Assembly: GCA_965248195.1 (NCBI GenBank)
Contig: CBDFIQ010000002.1
Span: 2,112,001-2,176,000 of the forward strand
Source: Longimicrobiales bacterium
Lineage (GTDB): Bacteria > Gemmatimonadota > Gemmatimonadetes > Longimicrobiales > Gaopeijiaceae
Reading direction: 5' to 3'
DNA length: 64,000 nucleotides
The notes below the pieces were generated by a model. It searched no databases and had not been told where the DNA came from. It saw nothing but the letters and a program-made list of their open reading frames with translations. The position numbers were made by a program, and so were the translations under genes. How positions within the stretch are numbered: position 1 is the stretch's first letter; every line of letters begins with the position of its first letter. Below are positions 30,801 to 39,993 of this stretch, piece after piece.

Positions 30801-31893
30801 GCGGCATATGAGCGGCCACCACTACGCTTAATGCCACCCCAAGGAGAAGGACGCGCTCGAACGACACCGGTACGGGTCCAGGCAAAACGAAATCGGCGGC
30901 CGTGAAGAAGGGTCCCGAACCGATGGCGGCTCCCACCGGAGCCAGAAGGGCCAGCCCCAGCGGGGTAAGCGCCGCAGCAGCGCGGTCGCTTCGTTCGGCC
31001 CCAGCGGTGAAGGCGAGCACCAACCACGCGATGACCGCCAGTAAACCCACGATCCTCGACCATGTGGATCGAACGTCCCGCAGGCGTTGCTCCTGGGTGG
31101 GCCGGACGACCGCGACGCTGAAGAGGGCCTCGTCCTCCCAACGCAGGTCGAACACATCCTCCCCGGACGTCCTCTCAGCGCGGAAAATTCGGAGGTCCTC
31201 ACCCACTCCCTCCCGGAAGTCCGTTACGAAGTCGCCGGGGTTCTCCTCCAGATTCCGGGGCAGGTTCGCCTTGATGAGCGCCGCGGCCATCGCGGTCCCG
31301 CCGCCCGGGATCGGAGCGGTGAAGTACAAGTAGCTGAAAAGGGGGCGATCCGGGTATAGATAACGGACATCCCCCATCCTCAGCTCCGTGGGTACAACAC
31401 CGCGGTGTACCCCGTCCCACACACGGAAATCGCCCTCCGGCCCATAAATCGTGGCGAGGGTCATTCCGGTCTCCTGTCGAATGTCGCGCAACCCGTCCAG
31501 AACGGTTGTATTCGTGCCGCGAGGCGCCAGATTTCCAATACGCGTCACCGCTTCTTCGCCCATCGTGAGTAGGCGCTGGAGGCGCGTGTCGAGCGCTTCC
31601 TCCGCTCGGGCGCTTCGGGAACCCCAGTAGGCATCGAAGTCCTGCGAGATTCGGCGCAGGTTGATGTGCCCGGAGGAGCCGGCTATGGCACCGGCCAGGA
31701 CGATGACGCTCGAGAGCACGCGAGCACGCCCGCCCCGCGGCCGGGCGGCGAGGACCGCGAACGCAGACGCTCCGGCGAAGACGAGCAAAGCGACCGACGG
31801 CCAGCGTGTCCAAGCAGCCAGGCCGAGAACGCCGAGCCAGGGCGCGAGACGAGTGAGGGTGTGCGCCAGATGGGAGGGGTTCGGACCTTCCAT
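27805..31893 (-). CDS. Large multi-pass membrane sensor histidine kinase (NtrY-like HAMP-PAS-HisKA-HATPase C-terminus)
   Basis: DEFG.V..AFNRM (HAMP), AHEVKNPLTPI (H box), NLLENA, DDGAGI, GTGLGL; start uncertain (31893 to 32046). Confidence 0.9.
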   Translation of the reverse strand: MEGPNPSHLAHTLTRLAPWLGVLGLAAWTRWPSVALLVFAGASAFAVLAARPRGGRARVLSSVIVLAGAIAGSSGHINLRRISQDFDAYWGSRSARAEEALDTRLQRLLTMGEEAVTRIGNLAPRGTNTTVLDGLRDIRQETGMTLATIYGPEGDFRVWDGVHRGVVPTELRMGDVRYLYPDRPLFSYLYFTAPIPGGGTAMAAALIKANLPRNLEENPGDFVTDFREGVGEDLRIFRAERTSGEDVFDLRWEDEALFSVAVVRPTQEQRLRDVRSTWSRIVGLLAVIAWLVLAFTAGAERSDRAAAALTPLGLALLAPVGAAIGSGPFFTAADFVLPGPVPVSFERVLLLGVALSVVVAAHMPPAIRFRSLASGLAVLIGFPLLSTLILGGAGPVLLAGAEGKWVVYQMGLGLVLTLVCLGAFRIGERTDGGAPPRIPLTLAIATLVVLCLAGAFWVRMAGTIPGWVTGAWALPALLAAYGLSCVRGRRRDWMAWCAAAAIGSSAAVVTAWGARIDARMDEAELQLARLGIPADPYLEYVLHRFVDTADSLDAAGAESAELLYESWIMSGLAEEGTGVWLTLWSAGDLPEFEITIGVEGGRPGPADDFLEEARQGEPALVRRLGLGDANYVVQIPLANGRVLTGVLPARRELSNSSPFGPIFGTLTALSESPLTMVPVLEGDEATFSEETVWRRTAEGWEATVGVPYPDGAVDAQYALDLPRPLLAVARGTLLVLGNGLAILLLWALGQYVLVGRRPTVRTWRNPFSSFRARVTVALFGFFLVSATLFGTLAFRTLNGATVRTAAAIAGRVAADAAAFYRDVQGSMTLLSGRVGADLLEYRAGELRGGSVDDLVELGLYNGLIPFELNQRIESREELLETTLGNLGRRQYLMAFRRLPDGDVVATQVPLQAGATTLRQREILELIAFVVLLGAGLSLGLAFLVGRTLTSPMRTLQVASESVGGGNLKLQLPSDRADEFGSVFTAFNRMVLRLQRARRALVRTTRRTEAIVEDAATGVVALDALGRVILVNARAQAVLEGRMQVGEPMPRFEGPRGEFVEWVEGCMRDGLREATVEFQWGDRRIRVRAREVSRQEPGGIVLSLEDITDELRTERILAWGEMARQVAHEVKNPLTPIKLSVQHIRRAWKDQKGEFETVLERNVGAILKEIDRLAEIARGFSRFGAPAAAAGKVPLEPVDVGAVARELLTLYRGGEGGPIEFAADIPEDLPRISARETELKEVLSNLLENARAAIEGNGSVVIEAVSVPNAVEVRVRDDGAGIPVDLMGRIFEPQFSTRSTGTGLGLAIVRKLVESWDGTVAAEVDRGEGTVIRLQLRPWTDGERGGSEDGSQSEDDSESEDDS

Positions 31894-32116
31894 CACGGCC
31901 TGACGAAGCCGGATTGGGCGCCGTTCCCAAGTACCGTAACCGTGCGTCGGAAGACCTTCCATCGTGCCATCAATGAACTCCTCGCCAGTTGGGACGACGT
32001 AACGAAGGCCACCCGTGAGAAAGTACGTCGAGGGTCGAGGCACCACACCTCCTCCTCATCGGACGCCTCACCCATACCATCGAACGATCTACCGAGATCC
32101 GGTGTATTCTGGGGCT

Positions 32117-32902
32117 ATGCGTCTCTCGGCGACCTTGTACTCCCTACTTCTCGCTCCTCCGGGTGGATTCGGCCTCGCCGGATCGGGCGTCGCCGGATTG
32201 GGTGTCATCGGATTGGGTGTCATCGGACTTGGCCTCCTCCCGCAAGCGGTCGCCGCCCAGGCGGTCGAGGTGGACCAAGGCACATTCATCGTCGAATTGG
32301 GCGGACGGGCAGTCGGAACCGAGACCTTTCGAATTCGCCGGTCGGGGTTGGGTGACAACGCCCGGACCATCGCCCAAGGCACACTCGAAATCGTTCTAGA
32401 CGGGTCGAGACAGACGATTCAGTCCGCGCTCGGAACCCTCGGGGTCGGGATGTCCCTCGACGCGTACGAGGTCAACGTTTCCCCTCCCTCTGAACTCTCG
32501 ATTCGCCTGCAGCGCCGGGGAGCCCGAATAGTCTCGGCGATATCGTCCCAAGCCGGAGTCGAGGAGCGCGAGTATCGCCAGGCTCTGCCTCAAACGCCGA
32601 CGGTGGTGTTGGATCGACTTTTCGCCCATCACTACTACTTCCTGGCACCCTATCAGAGTCCGGGGGACATCAGCCTTTCGGCCATTCTCCCTAGGCAGGG
32701 AGGCCAGTCGAACGGAACGCTGCGCATGACGACCGTAGGGCCCATCACCGTGGGGGGAGCCACCATTTCGGCCCAACGCCTGGAGTTACGACTTGACGGG
32801 GCCTTGCATGATATATGGTTGGACGGACAAAACCGGGTTTTGCGCGTTCAGATTCCCTCGCAGGACTACGTCGCGGTGCGCCGGGACCCACCACCGAGTT
32901 AG
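32117..32902 (+). CDS. Hypothetical secreted beta-rich protein
   Basis: Signal-like N-terminus lengthened by a 15-bp repeat (GLGVI); coding-like codon use. Confidence 0.72.
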   Translation: MRLSATLYSLLLAPPGGFGLAGSGVAGLGVIGLGVIGLGLLPQAVAAQAVEVDQGTFIVELGGRAVGTETFRIRRSGLGDNARTIAQGTLEIVLDGSRQTIQSALGTLGVGMSLDAYEVNVSPPSELSIRLQRRGARIVSAISSQAGVEEREYRQALPQTPTVVLDRLFAHHYYFLAPYQSPGDISLSAILPRQGGQSNGTLRMTTVGPITVGGATISAQRLELRLDGALHDIWLDGQNRVLRVQIPSQDYVAVRRDPPPS

Positions 32903-32989
32903 CCCCAACGTTGACTTGAGCAGAACCAGCTTCGCGTCCGCAAGGGAGCAGGGCTCCCCTAAAAACCACTCGAGACCCCTGCCCTGCCG

Positions 32990-33190
32990 CACAAAGGAGT
33001 TTCACGACTCTGCGATCGGCTCGATCTCGCAAGCCCTCGATTCCCTCACGGGAACGCAACGCAAGAAGCTCAATCGTGGCTTGAAAATCCTCCGCGATTC
33101 ATTCGCGGAAGCGCCGCCCGGGCGGGAAGGGAGGGCCCGCGGTCGGGCTCCCCGGCCAACGGGGATAGGCAAGAATGAGAACTCTCTACG
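32990..33190 (+). pseudogene. Possible remnant of a MarR-type regulator (C-terminal helices)
   Basis: Coding-like stretch ISQALDSLTGTQRKKLNRGLKILRDSF upstream of an efflux operon; no credible start or HTH. Confidence 0.3.
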
Positions 33191-33329
33191 CATCAGGGGT
33201 GTAGGGCCTGAAGGATCTCGGCAACCGATACGTAAGTGTGCCGGACGAGTATTTCACAGCGCCACCAACGGCGCCTGAAACCGGTAGAATTCTCTATGCG
33301 TAGGTCTGGATGATGATGCCGAATGGGAT

Positions 33330-34901
33330 GTGGGTCTTTACTGGGCGGGTGGCTCGCTCAGTGCGTGCGCCATCCAACTCAAACGGAGACTTCCCTTGTT
33401 GACTCGATCGCTCCAAAGCGGGGCGCTGGCTCTGGCGCTCTTCCTCCTTCCGCGAGGAACCGCCGCACAGGACTTCGTACCCGTCTCCCTCAGTTTGGAA
33501 GAAGCGATCGATATCGCCCGCCAGAACAATCCGGGTCTTCGGGCCATCCGCAACGATGAAGACCTCGCGAACTGGAACGTGAGGTCCGCGTACGGGGCTC
33601 TCTTTCCGGCGGCGTCGGTGAACGGTGGGGTCACCTGGCAGGGTGCGGGGGAACAGATCTTCGGGAGTTTGACCGCCGAGCAGCTCGGATTTGCGAACCA
33701 GCCCTCTTGGCTGTCTTCCAACTACAGCCTCCGGCTGGACTACCAGATCAACGGCAGGACGTTGATGGCCCCGGGACAGGCGAAGGCGGATCGCGCGGCG
33801 ACTCTGGCGCAGATGGCCGACGCGGAGGCGAATCTCGTTTTCCAGGTCACTCAGGGCTACATCGACGTTTTGCGGCAAACCGAACAGGTGCGGGTCTCCG
33901 AGCAGCAGCGGGAGCGGGCAGCCTTCAACCTTCGCCTTGCGGTGGCACAGCTAGCGGTGGGCAGCGCAACCGGCGTGGACGTCGCTCAGGCCGAAGTGGC
34001 AGTAGGCCGGGCCGAGGTCACGATCCTACAGACCACCAATGCCCTCGAGACCGCGCGGATAAGACTCCTGCAGCAGATGGGAGTCGACCTCGACGCGCCC
34101 TTCGTGCCCACTACGCCCTTTGCGCTCTCGGAGCCCCTTTGGGTTCGTGAAGAACTTTACCAGATGGGATTGGAAAATAACCCCAACCTCCGGTCTCTCC
34201 GCGCGAGTCGCTCGTCTAGCAGCTATGGGGTGAAAATGGCGAAAAGCACGTACCTTCCCTCGCTGAACCTGTTCGCGGGGACGAGCGGTTTTACCCGCCG
34301 GTCGTCGAATACCGCGGTCGACGTCCAGCAAGGGGAGTTTCAGGCCCAGAGCTCCATTCAGAATTGTCTTTTCTTCAACGATCTCTTTTCCCGGCTAGCG
34401 AACCCGCTTCCCTCTCAGGATTGCTCACAATTTCAGTTCACCGATGCGGACGCACGGCGCATAGAGGATCGAAATGCGGGTTTCCCGTTCAGCTTTACGG
34501 GCCAACCGCCGACGGCGGGTATTTCGATCAGCCTTCCCATCTTCCAGGGCCTCAGCCGACAACGCCAGGTCTCGGAGGCCCAGGTCCGCCTCGAGGACCT
34601 CGACCTCGGTCTGCGGGAACAGGAATTGGCGCTCCGAGCGGACATCGCCACGACGTTGGCCACGGTTCGGACGGCGTACCAGGCCGCCCTCATCGAAGAA
34701 CAGAACCAGACGTTGGCCGACGAACAACTCCGGCTTGCGAGGGAGCGCTTCACGGTCGGGCTCGCCGACTTTCTAGAGCTCCTCGAAGCGGAGACCCTGA
34801 AGGTCGAAGCCGATCGGGAGCAGATAGCGGCGATCTTCGCGTACCACGACTTCCTTGCAAATCTGGAGGCAGTGGTGGGAAACTCCCTCCGCACACCCTG
34901 A
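33330..34901 (+). CDS. TolC family outer membrane efflux protein
   Basis: LSLEEAI..A..NNP, two OEP repeats, A.ERF.VG..DFLELL. Confidence 0.9.
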   Translation: MGLYWAGGSLSACAIQLKRRLPLLTRSLQSGALALALFLLPRGTAAQDFVPVSLSLEEAIDIARQNNPGLRAIRNDEDLANWNVRSAYGALFPAASVNGGVTWQGAGEQIFGSLTAEQLGFANQPSWLSSNYSLRLDYQINGRTLMAPGQAKADRAATLAQMADAEANLVFQVTQGYIDVLRQTEQVRVSEQQRERAAFNLRLAVAQLAVGSATGVDVAQAEVAVGRAEVTILQTTNALETARIRLLQQMGVDLDAPFVPTTPFALSEPLWVREELYQMGLENNPNLRSLRASRSSSSYGVKMAKSTYLPSLNLFAGTSGFTRRSSNTAVDVQQGEFQAQSSIQNCLFFNDLFSRLANPLPSQDCSQFQFTDADARRIEDRNAGFPFSFTGQPPTAGISISLPIFQGLSRQRQVSEAQVRLEDLDLGLREQELALRADIATTLATVRTAYQAALIEEQNQTLADEQLRLARERFTVGLADFLELLEAETLKVEADREQIAAIFAYHDFLANLEAVVGNSLRTP

Positions 34902-34916
34902 GGCTTCGCACAATCC

Positions 34917-36218
34917 ATGGCCGCTGACCCTTCCATGAACGCTAGAAACAAAGTCTTGATCGCGATCGCGATCGTCGCCGTGATCGGTGGCGCCACGGCC
35001 TTCACCGTTAATCAGCGCCGCGACCGAGGCGTCCCCGTTCGCCTGGATGTCGTTACCCGCAGGGACCTCGTCGAAACCGTCACGGCCAGCGGCAACATTC
35101 GAGCCGGGCGAGTGGTCGAGATCAGCTCCGAAGTGTCGGCCCGGGTCACCGAATTGCTCGTCGACGAAGGGGACGACGTGGTGCTTGATCAGCTCTTGCT
35201 GCGGCTCGACCCGACCCAGTTCGAGGCCTCCGTGTCCCGGACTGAGGCATCGCTGAATCAGGCCCGCGCCGAGGTGCGCCAACAGGAAGCCAATCTGCAG
35301 CGTGCCACTAGGGATTTCGAACGGCTAAGAAACCTGTTCGCCCGTGATTCGCTGTTGATCGCGCGACAGCTACTCGATGACGCGGATACAGGGGTGGAGG
35401 TGGCCTCTCGCCAGTTGGAGTCGCTCCGTTTCCAGGTCGAGCAGGCGGTCGCCTCGCTCGATGAGGCGAATGAGCAGCTGAGCAAGACGTTTTTCAGGGC
35501 TCAAATCGCCGGAAAAGTGACCCGTCTCAACGTGGAAGTGGGAGAGACAGTCATCGTCGGCACCATGAACAACCCCGGCAGCCTGGTTCTGACGATCAGT
35601 GAGCTCTCACGGGTCGAAGCGGTCCTTGAGGTGGACGAGACGGACATTCCGTATATCGCCTTTGGCGACAGTACGGTCCTGGAGTTGGACGCTTTTCCGA
35701 ACCGGCTCTTCGGCGGCTTCGTGACGGAGATCGGCAACAGCGCCATCAGACCTCCGGAGTCCTCGGCCGCAAGTGGCCAGGCGGCCGCGATCGACTTCGA
35801 GGTAGTGATCACGATGCACGATCCTCCCGGAGGCATCCGCCCGGATCTGTCGGCCACGGCCGACATCATCACGGCGAGGAGACAGAACTCCCTTTCCGTG
35901 CCGATCATCGCGCTCACGGTTCGTCCCGAGGAGGAGGACGACGCCGCGCCGATCGGAGAGAGCGAAGACGATGAGCGCACACGAGGTCCGCTGTCTCGCC
36001 CGGACATGGAGGACGTAGAAGGCGTGTTCGTCGTAGAGGACGGCCAGGTCAGATTCGCCCCGGTTGAGATCGGGATTACCGGCCAAGAGCATTTCGAGGT
36101 GCTCACGGGTGTCAAGCAAGGGGACACGATCGTGGCCGGTCCCTACCAGCAGATTCGTAACCTCAACAACGGAGACCGTGTGCAGGAGCAGGATGACAGC
36201 AATGGGTCGTCCGGCTAA
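34917..36218 (+). CDS. Efflux periplasmic adaptor (MacA/HlyD family)
   Basis: TM anchor, V.EGD.V, coiled coil, VDETDI, IRPDLSATADI. Confidence 0.92.
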   Translation: MAADPSMNARNKVLIAIAIVAVIGGATAFTVNQRRDRGVPVRLDVVTRRDLVETVTASGNIRAGRVVEISSEVSARVTELLVDEGDDVVLDQLLLRLDPTQFEASVSRTEASLNQARAEVRQQEANLQRATRDFERLRNLFARDSLLIARQLLDDADTGVEVASRQLESLRFQVEQAVASLDEANEQLSKTFFRAQIAGKVTRLNVEVGETVIVGTMNNPGSLVLTISELSRVEAVLEVDETDIPYIAFGDSTVLELDAFPNRLFGGFVTEIGNSAIRPPESSAASGQAAAIDFEVVITMHDPPGGIRPDLSATADIITARRQNSLSVPIIALTVRPEEEDDAAPIGESEDDERTRGPLSRPDMEDVEGVFVVEDGQVRFAPVEIGITGQEHFEVLTGVKQGDTIVAGPYQQIRNLNNGDRVQEQDDSNGSSG

Positions 36219-36247
36219 CGGCGCGCACGGATCCGAGCGGAGATTTC

Positions 36248-37486
36248 ATGCAGTTCGCCGAGGGAATTCGGCTTGCCCTCCAGCAAATCTGGACTGAGAA
36301 GCTGAAGAGTTTCTTCAGTCTGCTCGGTGTTATCGTCGGGGTCATGTTCCTCATCGTGGTAGTGAGCATCGTCGAGGGGCTGGATCGCTACATCCGCGAA
36401 GACCTCGCCTCCGTGGTGTTCGGCGTGAATACCGTCACACTGCGTAGATGGTCGGACGGGCCGGACTTCGGAGGCTCCGGTGGGCGTGCCCGGCAACGCC
36501 GTCCTCGGATTACCTACGAAGATTGGGAAGCCGTGAGGGAGCAAATCACCATCCCGGCCAGGGTGGGCGCGGAGAGCGATACGGGTGGGGAGATCGTAGC
36601 CGACAACGGTCAGTCGGTCGAGAATGTTCGGATTCACGCCGTCTCGCCCGAGATCATGGCGATTCGCGACTGGTCCGTCGAAAAGGGGCGCGTGTTTTCT
36701 CCTCAGGAGGCCGAGCGTGGCACCGCAGTCGTCGTGCTCGGCACCGAGACCGCGAGCCTTCTCTTCGAGAATCGCGATCCCATCGGCCGCCGTGTACGCA
36801 TCCGCGGATTCCCGTATCGCGTGGTTGGCGTCCTCGAGGAGCAAGGCAGCATGTTTGGGCAATCACTCGACAATCAGGCCATCGCTCCAGCCCGGTCGCC
36901 GATTCAAGCGGTGACGAACCCGTGCGGTATCGTGGACCAGGTGGTGGCGCAGTCTCAGGATCCGGGCGACCTGCGGGCCCTCCAGAGTGAGATCGTGGGC
37001 ATCATGCGGACGCAGAGGCGTCTTCGCCCAGCCCAGGACAACAATTTCTCGGTCGAGACGGCCGAGGAAACCCTGAGCTTTTGGGACAATATCTCCAGGA
37101 TCCTTTTCATCGCGCTTCCGGGGTTGGTCGCGATATCACTGGTCGTGGGCGGCGTGGTCATCATGAACATCATGCTCGTGTCGGTGATGCAGCGAACGCG
37201 TGAAATCGGGGTGCGGAAGGCGATCGGCGCCCGCCGGAGAGACATTCTCAGTCAGATCCTGATCGAGAGCGTCACGCTTTCCGGGGTCGGGGCGGCGGTG
37301 GGAGTGGGGGTCGGGATCGGACTCACCTTTTTGGTGAGGACGTTTTCCCCTCTTCCAGCAGCCGTTGATATCAAGTGGATCGCTCTCGGTGTGTCTCTGG
37401 GCGTAATCGTGGGTGTGGTTTCCGGCGTGTACCCCGCCGTCCGGGCCTCCAAGCTCGCCCCCGTCGACGCCCTGAGGTACGAGTGA
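36248..37486 (+). CDS. MacB/FtsX-type ABC transporter permease
   Basis: KLKSFFSLLGVIVG, VIMNIMLVSV..RTREIGVRKAIGA, P.DALRYE. Confidence 0.93.
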   Translation: MQFAEGIRLALQQIWTEKLKSFFSLLGVIVGVMFLIVVVSIVEGLDRYIREDLASVVFGVNTVTLRRWSDGPDFGGSGGRARQRRPRITYEDWEAVREQITIPARVGAESDTGGEIVADNGQSVENVRIHAVSPEIMAIRDWSVEKGRVFSPQEAERGTAVVVLGTETASLLFENRDPIGRRVRIRGFPYRVVGVLEEQGSMFGQSLDNQAIAPARSPIQAVTNPCGIVDQVVAQSQDPGDLRALQSEIVGIMRTQRRLRPAQDNNFSVETAEETLSFWDNISRILFIALPGLVAISLVVGGVVIMNIMLVSVMQRTREIGVRKAIGARRRDILSQILIESVTLSGVGAAVGVGVGIGLTFLVRTFSPLPAAVDIKWIALGVSLGVIVGVVSGVYPAVRASKLAPVDALRYE

Positions 37487-37487
37487 G

Positions 37488-38747
37488 ATGAACCGCCTCG
37501 ACACGCTCGGCGAGGGCGTCAGCATCGCCCTCGACTCGATCCAGGCCAACAAGGTTCGCTCCGGCCTGACGATTCTCGGCGTCGCGATCGGTGTGGGTGT
37601 GGTGGTCATGGTCGCGGCGCTCATAACTGGAATTCGAACGTCGGTCATGGCGGGCTTCGAGTCGGCAGGTCCGGACAATTTCGGCGTCATGCGCTTCGAT
37701 TTCTCAGCGGTCCGCGTCTCGTTCGGAAGCCGTCGTCCGCCTTGGTGGAACAAGCCGGCCATCGAGCCCGAGGAGGCCGAGCGTATAGCTCGTCTCCCTG
37801 CGGTCCAAGATGCGCTGTACAACTTCAGCTTCAATACGACCATGGCGGTGGATGCACGCCGGGTGAATGGGGTGCAGTCCTCCGGATATTCATCCGGCTG
37901 GCCGGCCTACCAGCCCGGCACCTTCGATTCGGGCCGCGACTTCACACCCCAAGAGGTCGCCCAATCCCGTCCCCTGGTCGTGATCTCACTCGCACTCGCC
38001 GAAGAGCTCTTTGGAGGGCTTGATCCGGTCGGGAGGAAGATTCGTGTCACCGCGGGCCGCCGAGCCGTGAGTGAGGCTTTCACGGTGGTGGGCGTGTTCG
38101 AACCGGAGGAGAACGTCTTCTCAGCCGCGGTACCGCATTGGGCCGTTTTTCCATTCACGTCAGCCATGAAAAGGCTCAAAGCCTCGACTTTTCAAGCCAA
38201 TATCTGGATCGTGCCGAGGCCGTCCTTCTCTCCCGCGGAAGCGATCGACCAAGTGATCGGCTCTATGCGCTCTATGCGCGGCCTGCGCCCGAGAGATGAG
38301 AACAATTTCGCCATCGTGCGGTCAGATCAGCTTTTCGAGATGTTCAACACCTTCATCGGAGTATTCTTCTTGATCATGCTCGCTCTCTCCTCCGTGGGTC
38401 TCCTGGTGGGCGGAATCGGCGTCATCGGTATCATGATGATTTCCGTGACCGAGCGTACGAGGGAAATCGGCATTCGAAAGGCCGTGGGAGCCACCCGCCA
38501 GGAGATCATGTGGCAATTCCTGGTCGAGTCGGCAGTGCTCACACTCTTGGGGGGTGTGGCCGGTCTGGCTCTCGGCGCCGGACTTGCCGAGGCCGTCGCC
38601 GCCTACACACCGATCCCCGCCTCTATCCCATTGTGGGCGATCTTCACGGCGATGGCGATGGCGATCGTTACCGGCATACTCTTCGGCATCGCCCCGGCTT
38701 ATCGAGCCTCCCGTTTGGACCCCATCAGCGCTCTCCGTCACGAGTAG
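37488..38747 (+). CDS. MacB/FtsX-type ABC transporter permease
   Basis: NKVRSGLTILG, SVTERTREIGIRKAVGA, LDPISALRHE. Confidence 0.93.
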   Translation: MNRLDTLGEGVSIALDSIQANKVRSGLTILGVAIGVGVVVMVAALITGIRTSVMAGFESAGPDNFGVMRFDFSAVRVSFGSRRPPWWNKPAIEPEEAERIARLPAVQDALYNFSFNTTMAVDARRVNGVQSSGYSSGWPAYQPGTFDSGRDFTPQEVAQSRPLVVISLALAEELFGGLDPVGRKIRVTAGRRAVSEAFTVVGVFEPEENVFSAAVPHWAVFPFTSAMKRLKASTFQANIWIVPRPSFSPAEAIDQVIGSMRSMRGLRPRDENNFAIVRSDQLFEMFNTFIGVFFLIMLALSSVGLLVGGIGVIGIMMISVTERTREIGIRKAVGATRQEIMWQFLVESAVLTLLGGVAGLALGAGLAEAVAAYTPIPASIPLWAIFTAMAMAIVTGILFGIAPAYRASRLDPISALRHE

Positions 38748-38774
38748 GCACCCCACCGAATTCAGGTAACACCG

Positions 38775-39500
38775 ATGACCGAACCCCTCGATCTCCTCGC
38801 GATCATGGCCCACCCCGACGATGCCGAACTCTTATGCGGCGGCTCTCTCTCGAAAACAGCCGCGCAGGGCAACCGGGTGGGGGTTCTCGACCTCACACGG
38901 GGCGAAGCCGCGAGTTTCGGGTCGGTGGAGACCCGCGCGGAGGAGGCGGCTCGCTCCGCCGAAGTCTTGGGTCTTGCTATTCGTAGGAACGCGGGGCTTC
39001 GCGATTCAGGCCTGATCAACGATGACGCGTCGCGAAGCGTCGTAGTGGGATTGATCCGAGAGCTGAGGCCAAGGGTGATCGTTACCCATTGGCTCGAGGG
39101 CCGGCATCCGGATCACCGGGTCGCCGCCCAACTTGCCTATGACGCCTCCTTCCTTTCCTCGCTCAAGAAATACGATGCGCCCGGAGACGCCCACCGGCCC
39201 GACAAGGTCGTGCACTGTCTGCTCTTCCGTGAGGACGCGCCAGGGCCGTCCTTCGTCGTGGATATCACCGAGCACGTCGAGACGAAAATGGCGGCGTTGG
39301 CTTGTTTCGAGTCCCAGTTCTCCGGAAAAGCGTCTGCGGGTGAGGTGTTCGGTGGGGGCGATCGGCCTGTCGCAGACCAGATCCGTGCCCAGTGCGCCCA
39401 ACACGGCTCGCGGATTCGTTGCGCCTACGGAGAACCCTTCTGGACACGGGAGACCGTCGCGCTGGGGTCACTCGTGAGTGACCGAGTCTCGACGTTCTGA
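38775..39500 (+). CDS. bshB1: Bacillithiol biosynthesis deacetylase (PIG-L family)
   Basis: AHPDDAEL..GG, DLTRGE, RHPDH, YGEPF. Confidence 0.82.
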   Translation: MTEPLDLLAIMAHPDDAELLCGGSLSKTAAQGNRVGVLDLTRGEAASFGSVETRAEEAARSAEVLGLAIRRNAGLRDSGLINDDASRSVVVGLIRELRPRVIVTHWLEGRHPDHRVAAQLAYDASFLSSLKKYDAPGDAHRPDKVVHCLLFREDAPGPSFVVDITEHVETKMAALACFESQFSGKASAGEVFGGGDRPVADQIRAQCAQHGSRIRCAYGEPFWTRETVALGSLVSDRVSTF

Positions 39501-39534
39501 CGCCAGCCCCACCGACCCCAGCCCGAACAGTACC

Positions 39535-39873
39535 TTAGAGCGAACAGGACACCTCGAGAAGTAGTCTACGCCAACTTGGGACATCCGACCCGTGGATCTT
39601 CAGAGCCTTGGCCCTGGCTCCGCCGCCATCGGAGAGCCACGGGCCCAGCCACGCACTGATCTCCGGAGGGAGGTGGCCAAGGAGGTCTCCGCCCGGCCGG
39701 TGCACCCACACCTTTGGCGTTTCCTGATCCGGAGGATCGGGGATCAAATAGAGCGAGTCGCCCGCCTCGAGTGCCTCCAGATGGCGATCCCGGTCGGCGA
39801 AAGCGATGCCGTGGACCGTAGCACGGAAGTGCGGAGGGTGCCCATCCGGAAAGGGCGGACGATCGCTGCTCAT
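39535..39873 (-). CDS. Stand-alone HIRAN domain protein
   Basis: VHGIAF..R......L..GD.L.L..DP, LGHLP..IS..L.PWL. Confidence 0.72.
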   Translation of the reverse strand: MSSDRPPFPDGHPPHFRATVHGIAFADRDRHLEALEAGDSLYLIPDPPDQETPKVWVHRPGGDLLGHLPPEISAWLGPWLSDGGGARAKALKIHGSDVPSWRRLLLEVSCSL

Positions 39874-39993
39874 ACTGGATTCAACGTTCGGATCACGGTT
39901 CACTGCCCTAGGCTCATTCGGTATGTTGTCCAACATAGGAGAGGCCTCGGCTAAGAGAAATACCAGGCCCGATTCGTACACCACGAGGAGCCC

